Source: an uncultured Clostridia bacterium (GTDB taxonomy: Bacteria > Bacillota > Clostridia > Oscillospirales > CAG-272). From it: a DNA stretch of 64,000 nt. The stretch spans positions 580 through 64,579 of the forward strand of contig CALGCW010000123.1 in the NCBI GenBank assembly GCA_937884385.1, written 5' to 3'. Positions 62,955 through 64,000 of the stretch are shown here, piece after piece; the stretch's first letter is position 1, and each line of letters opens with the position of its first letter. The translations under genes and the position numbers were made by a program. Under the pieces are notes generated by a model, which saw nothing but the letters and a program-made list of their open reading frames with translations, ran no database searches and was not told the origin of the DNA.

Positions 62955-63713
62955 CTATTTGATAATTTTTCCGAGGAATTCTTTAAGACGCGGATGCTCG
63001 GGTGAGCCGAATATTTCATCGGGTGTTCCGTCCGCTTCTATCCTGCCCTCGTTCATAAATAACACTCTGCTTGCGACCTCGCGCGCAAATTCCATCTCGT
63101 GCGTGACAATGACCATCGTCAGCCTTTCTTCGGCAAGCTCTCTCATAAGATCAAGAACCTCACCGACCATCTCGGGGTCGAGTGCGCTGGTGGGCTCATC
63201 AAAAAGAACTACCTTAGGCTCCATCGCAAGAGCCCTTACGATGGCTATCCTCTGCTTTTGACCGCCGGAAAGAGTCGAAGGATATGCATTCGCCTTTCCC
63301 TCAAGTCCTATCCTTTTAAGCAGCTCCATAGCCCTTGCATTGAAATGCGCCTCGATCTCCTTTTTACTCATTCCCCCTTTTTTCATCTTCTTTCCGTGAA
63401 TGTGAATGGGAGCAAGAGTAATGTTTTCAAGCACGGTCTTGTTATTGAAAAGATTGAAATTTTGAAAGACCATACCCATATTCTGCCTGTGTACGTTGAT
63501 ATCCACCTTGAGATCAGCAATATTCTCGCCGTCGAACATTATCACGCCCCCGTCGGGATCCTCAAGGCAGTTTATGCAACGGATAAAGGTTGATTTGCCC
63601 GAGCCGGAAGGTCCGATAATAACGACCTGCTCGCCCTCGTGTATAGTAGTGCTTACGTTGTCTATGACCGCCTTACCGTCAAACTTTTTAACTAAATTAT
63701 TAATTTCTATCAC
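62955..63713 (-). CDS. Amino acid ABC transporter ATP-binding protein (GlnQ/PAAT family)
   Basis: Walker A GPSGSGKST, signature LSGGQKQR and Walker B VLFDEPTSALD are present. The ~250-aa length with no extra domain fits polar amino acid importer ATPases. Confidence 0.9.
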   Translation of the reverse strand: MIEINNLVKKFDGKAVIDNVSTTIHEGEQVVIIGPSGSGKSTFIRCINCLEDPDGGVIMFDGENIADLKVDINVHRQNMGMVFQNFNLFNNKTVLENITLAPIHIHGKKMKKGGMSKKEIEAHFNARAMELLKRIGLEGKANAYPSTLSGGQKQRIAIVRALAMEPKVVLFDEPTSALDPEMVGEVLDLMRELAEERLTMVIVTHEMEFAREVASRVLFMNEGRIEADGTPDEIFGSPEHPRLKEFLGKIIK

Positions 63714-64000
63714 TTACGGCAAATCTCCTTTCGATAATTTTTATCACCGCACTGATAATGAGAACAAGCACGATGTATATAAGTCCCATCATAAGGTACG
63801 GTATCATACTGTCATACTTAACCATACCCACGTCAAGCAACGCCTTGTAAAGGTCGTATACCGCAATAAAGCTAAGAACGGACGTCTCCTTGATAAGGCT
63901 GATAAGCTCGTTTCCGAGCGTAGGGAGAATGTTTTTGACCGCCTGCGGTATAACGATCTTTATCATAGTGGTCGAATAGGAAAGACCGAGAGCCCTTCCC
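63700..64000 (-). CDS. Amino acid ABC transporter permease (partial, N-terminus beyond window)
   Basis: The reading frame is open to the window edge. The C-terminal part contains an EAA-loop-like block (KETSVLSFIAVYDL) and TM helices, and it overlaps the ATPase start by 14 nt. Confidence 0.75.
   Translation of the reverse strand, partial: GRALGLSYSTTMIKIVIPQAVKNILPTLGNELISLIKETSVLSFIAVYDLYKALLDVGMVKYDSMIPYLMMGLIYIVLVLIISAVIKIIERRFAVSDRN

Noticed and set aside
62816-63019. 68-codon N-terminal extension of the dCMP deaminase ORF
   Set aside because: The extension overlaps the 3' end of the amino-acid ABC ATPase gene and is hydrophobic junk-like. A conserved-looking start (MDRISKENYYLD) with an upstream purine-rich RBS exists at 62815.
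1-64000. Search by eye for CRISPR arrays, tRNA/rRNA genes, IS elements, integrases, toxin-antitoxin pairs or defence-system genes
   Set aside because: I found none. All intergenic regions are under 250 bp and are explained by promoters, terminators and the SRP RNA. The only compositional anomalies are the trpB and LRR genes, which lack flanking repeats or recombinase genes.

Overview
This 64-kb chromosomal segment reads like a spore-forming, Clostridia-class Firmicute. Most genes are about 50% GC by my spot counts of single 60-nt lines, GGAGG-type ribosome-binding sites (RBS) are common, and ytfJ, pdaA-like, sleC-like and whiA are present. Positions 1-21.6 kb are a pectin/hexuronate utilisation region. 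It holds a tightly packed operon of four small membrane proteins I cannot place in any family, two MalK/MsmX-type ABC ATPases, signal-peptide-less GH28 and GH105 hydrolases and a TIM-barrel isomerase-like gene. It also holds the convergent uxaB-uxaA-uxaC operon, an AraC regulator, an AEC transporter, a 1361-aa secreted PL9-like pectate lyase, kduI-kduD, and a low-GC orphan trpB wedged between them. Positions 21.8-64 kb are housekeeping: lon, engB, an M50 protease, scpAB, ytfJ, a DD-carboxypeptidase, rluB, a low-GC LRR lipoprotein, dnaE, whiA, murB, coaE, prfA and tsaC. They continue with an orphan type-IIA topoisomerase A subunit, a pdaA-like deacetylase, a CDP-alcohol transferase plus two-component system, SRP RNA-dnaX-ybaB-recR, a sleC-like germination locus, clpC, prmC, rex-dnaD-dnaI, tsaD-rimI, dCMP deaminase and part of an amino-acid ABC transporter. 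I saw no rRNA, tRNA, CRISPR array, transposase or integrase. The most noteworthy observations are: (1) the unrecognisable membrane-protein/ATPase module at the head of the pectin operon; (2) a SleC-type cortex hydrolase whose N-terminal prepeptide domain is a separate gene; (3) four DnaA boxes in 46 bp directly downstream of tsaD and upstream of a rex-dnaD-dnaI operon; (4) an unusual Cys/His module and hydrophobic C-terminal tail on the giant pectate lyase; (5) two low-GC insertions (trpB, LRR lipoprotein). All family calls come from motif recognition by eye, and no database search was possible.
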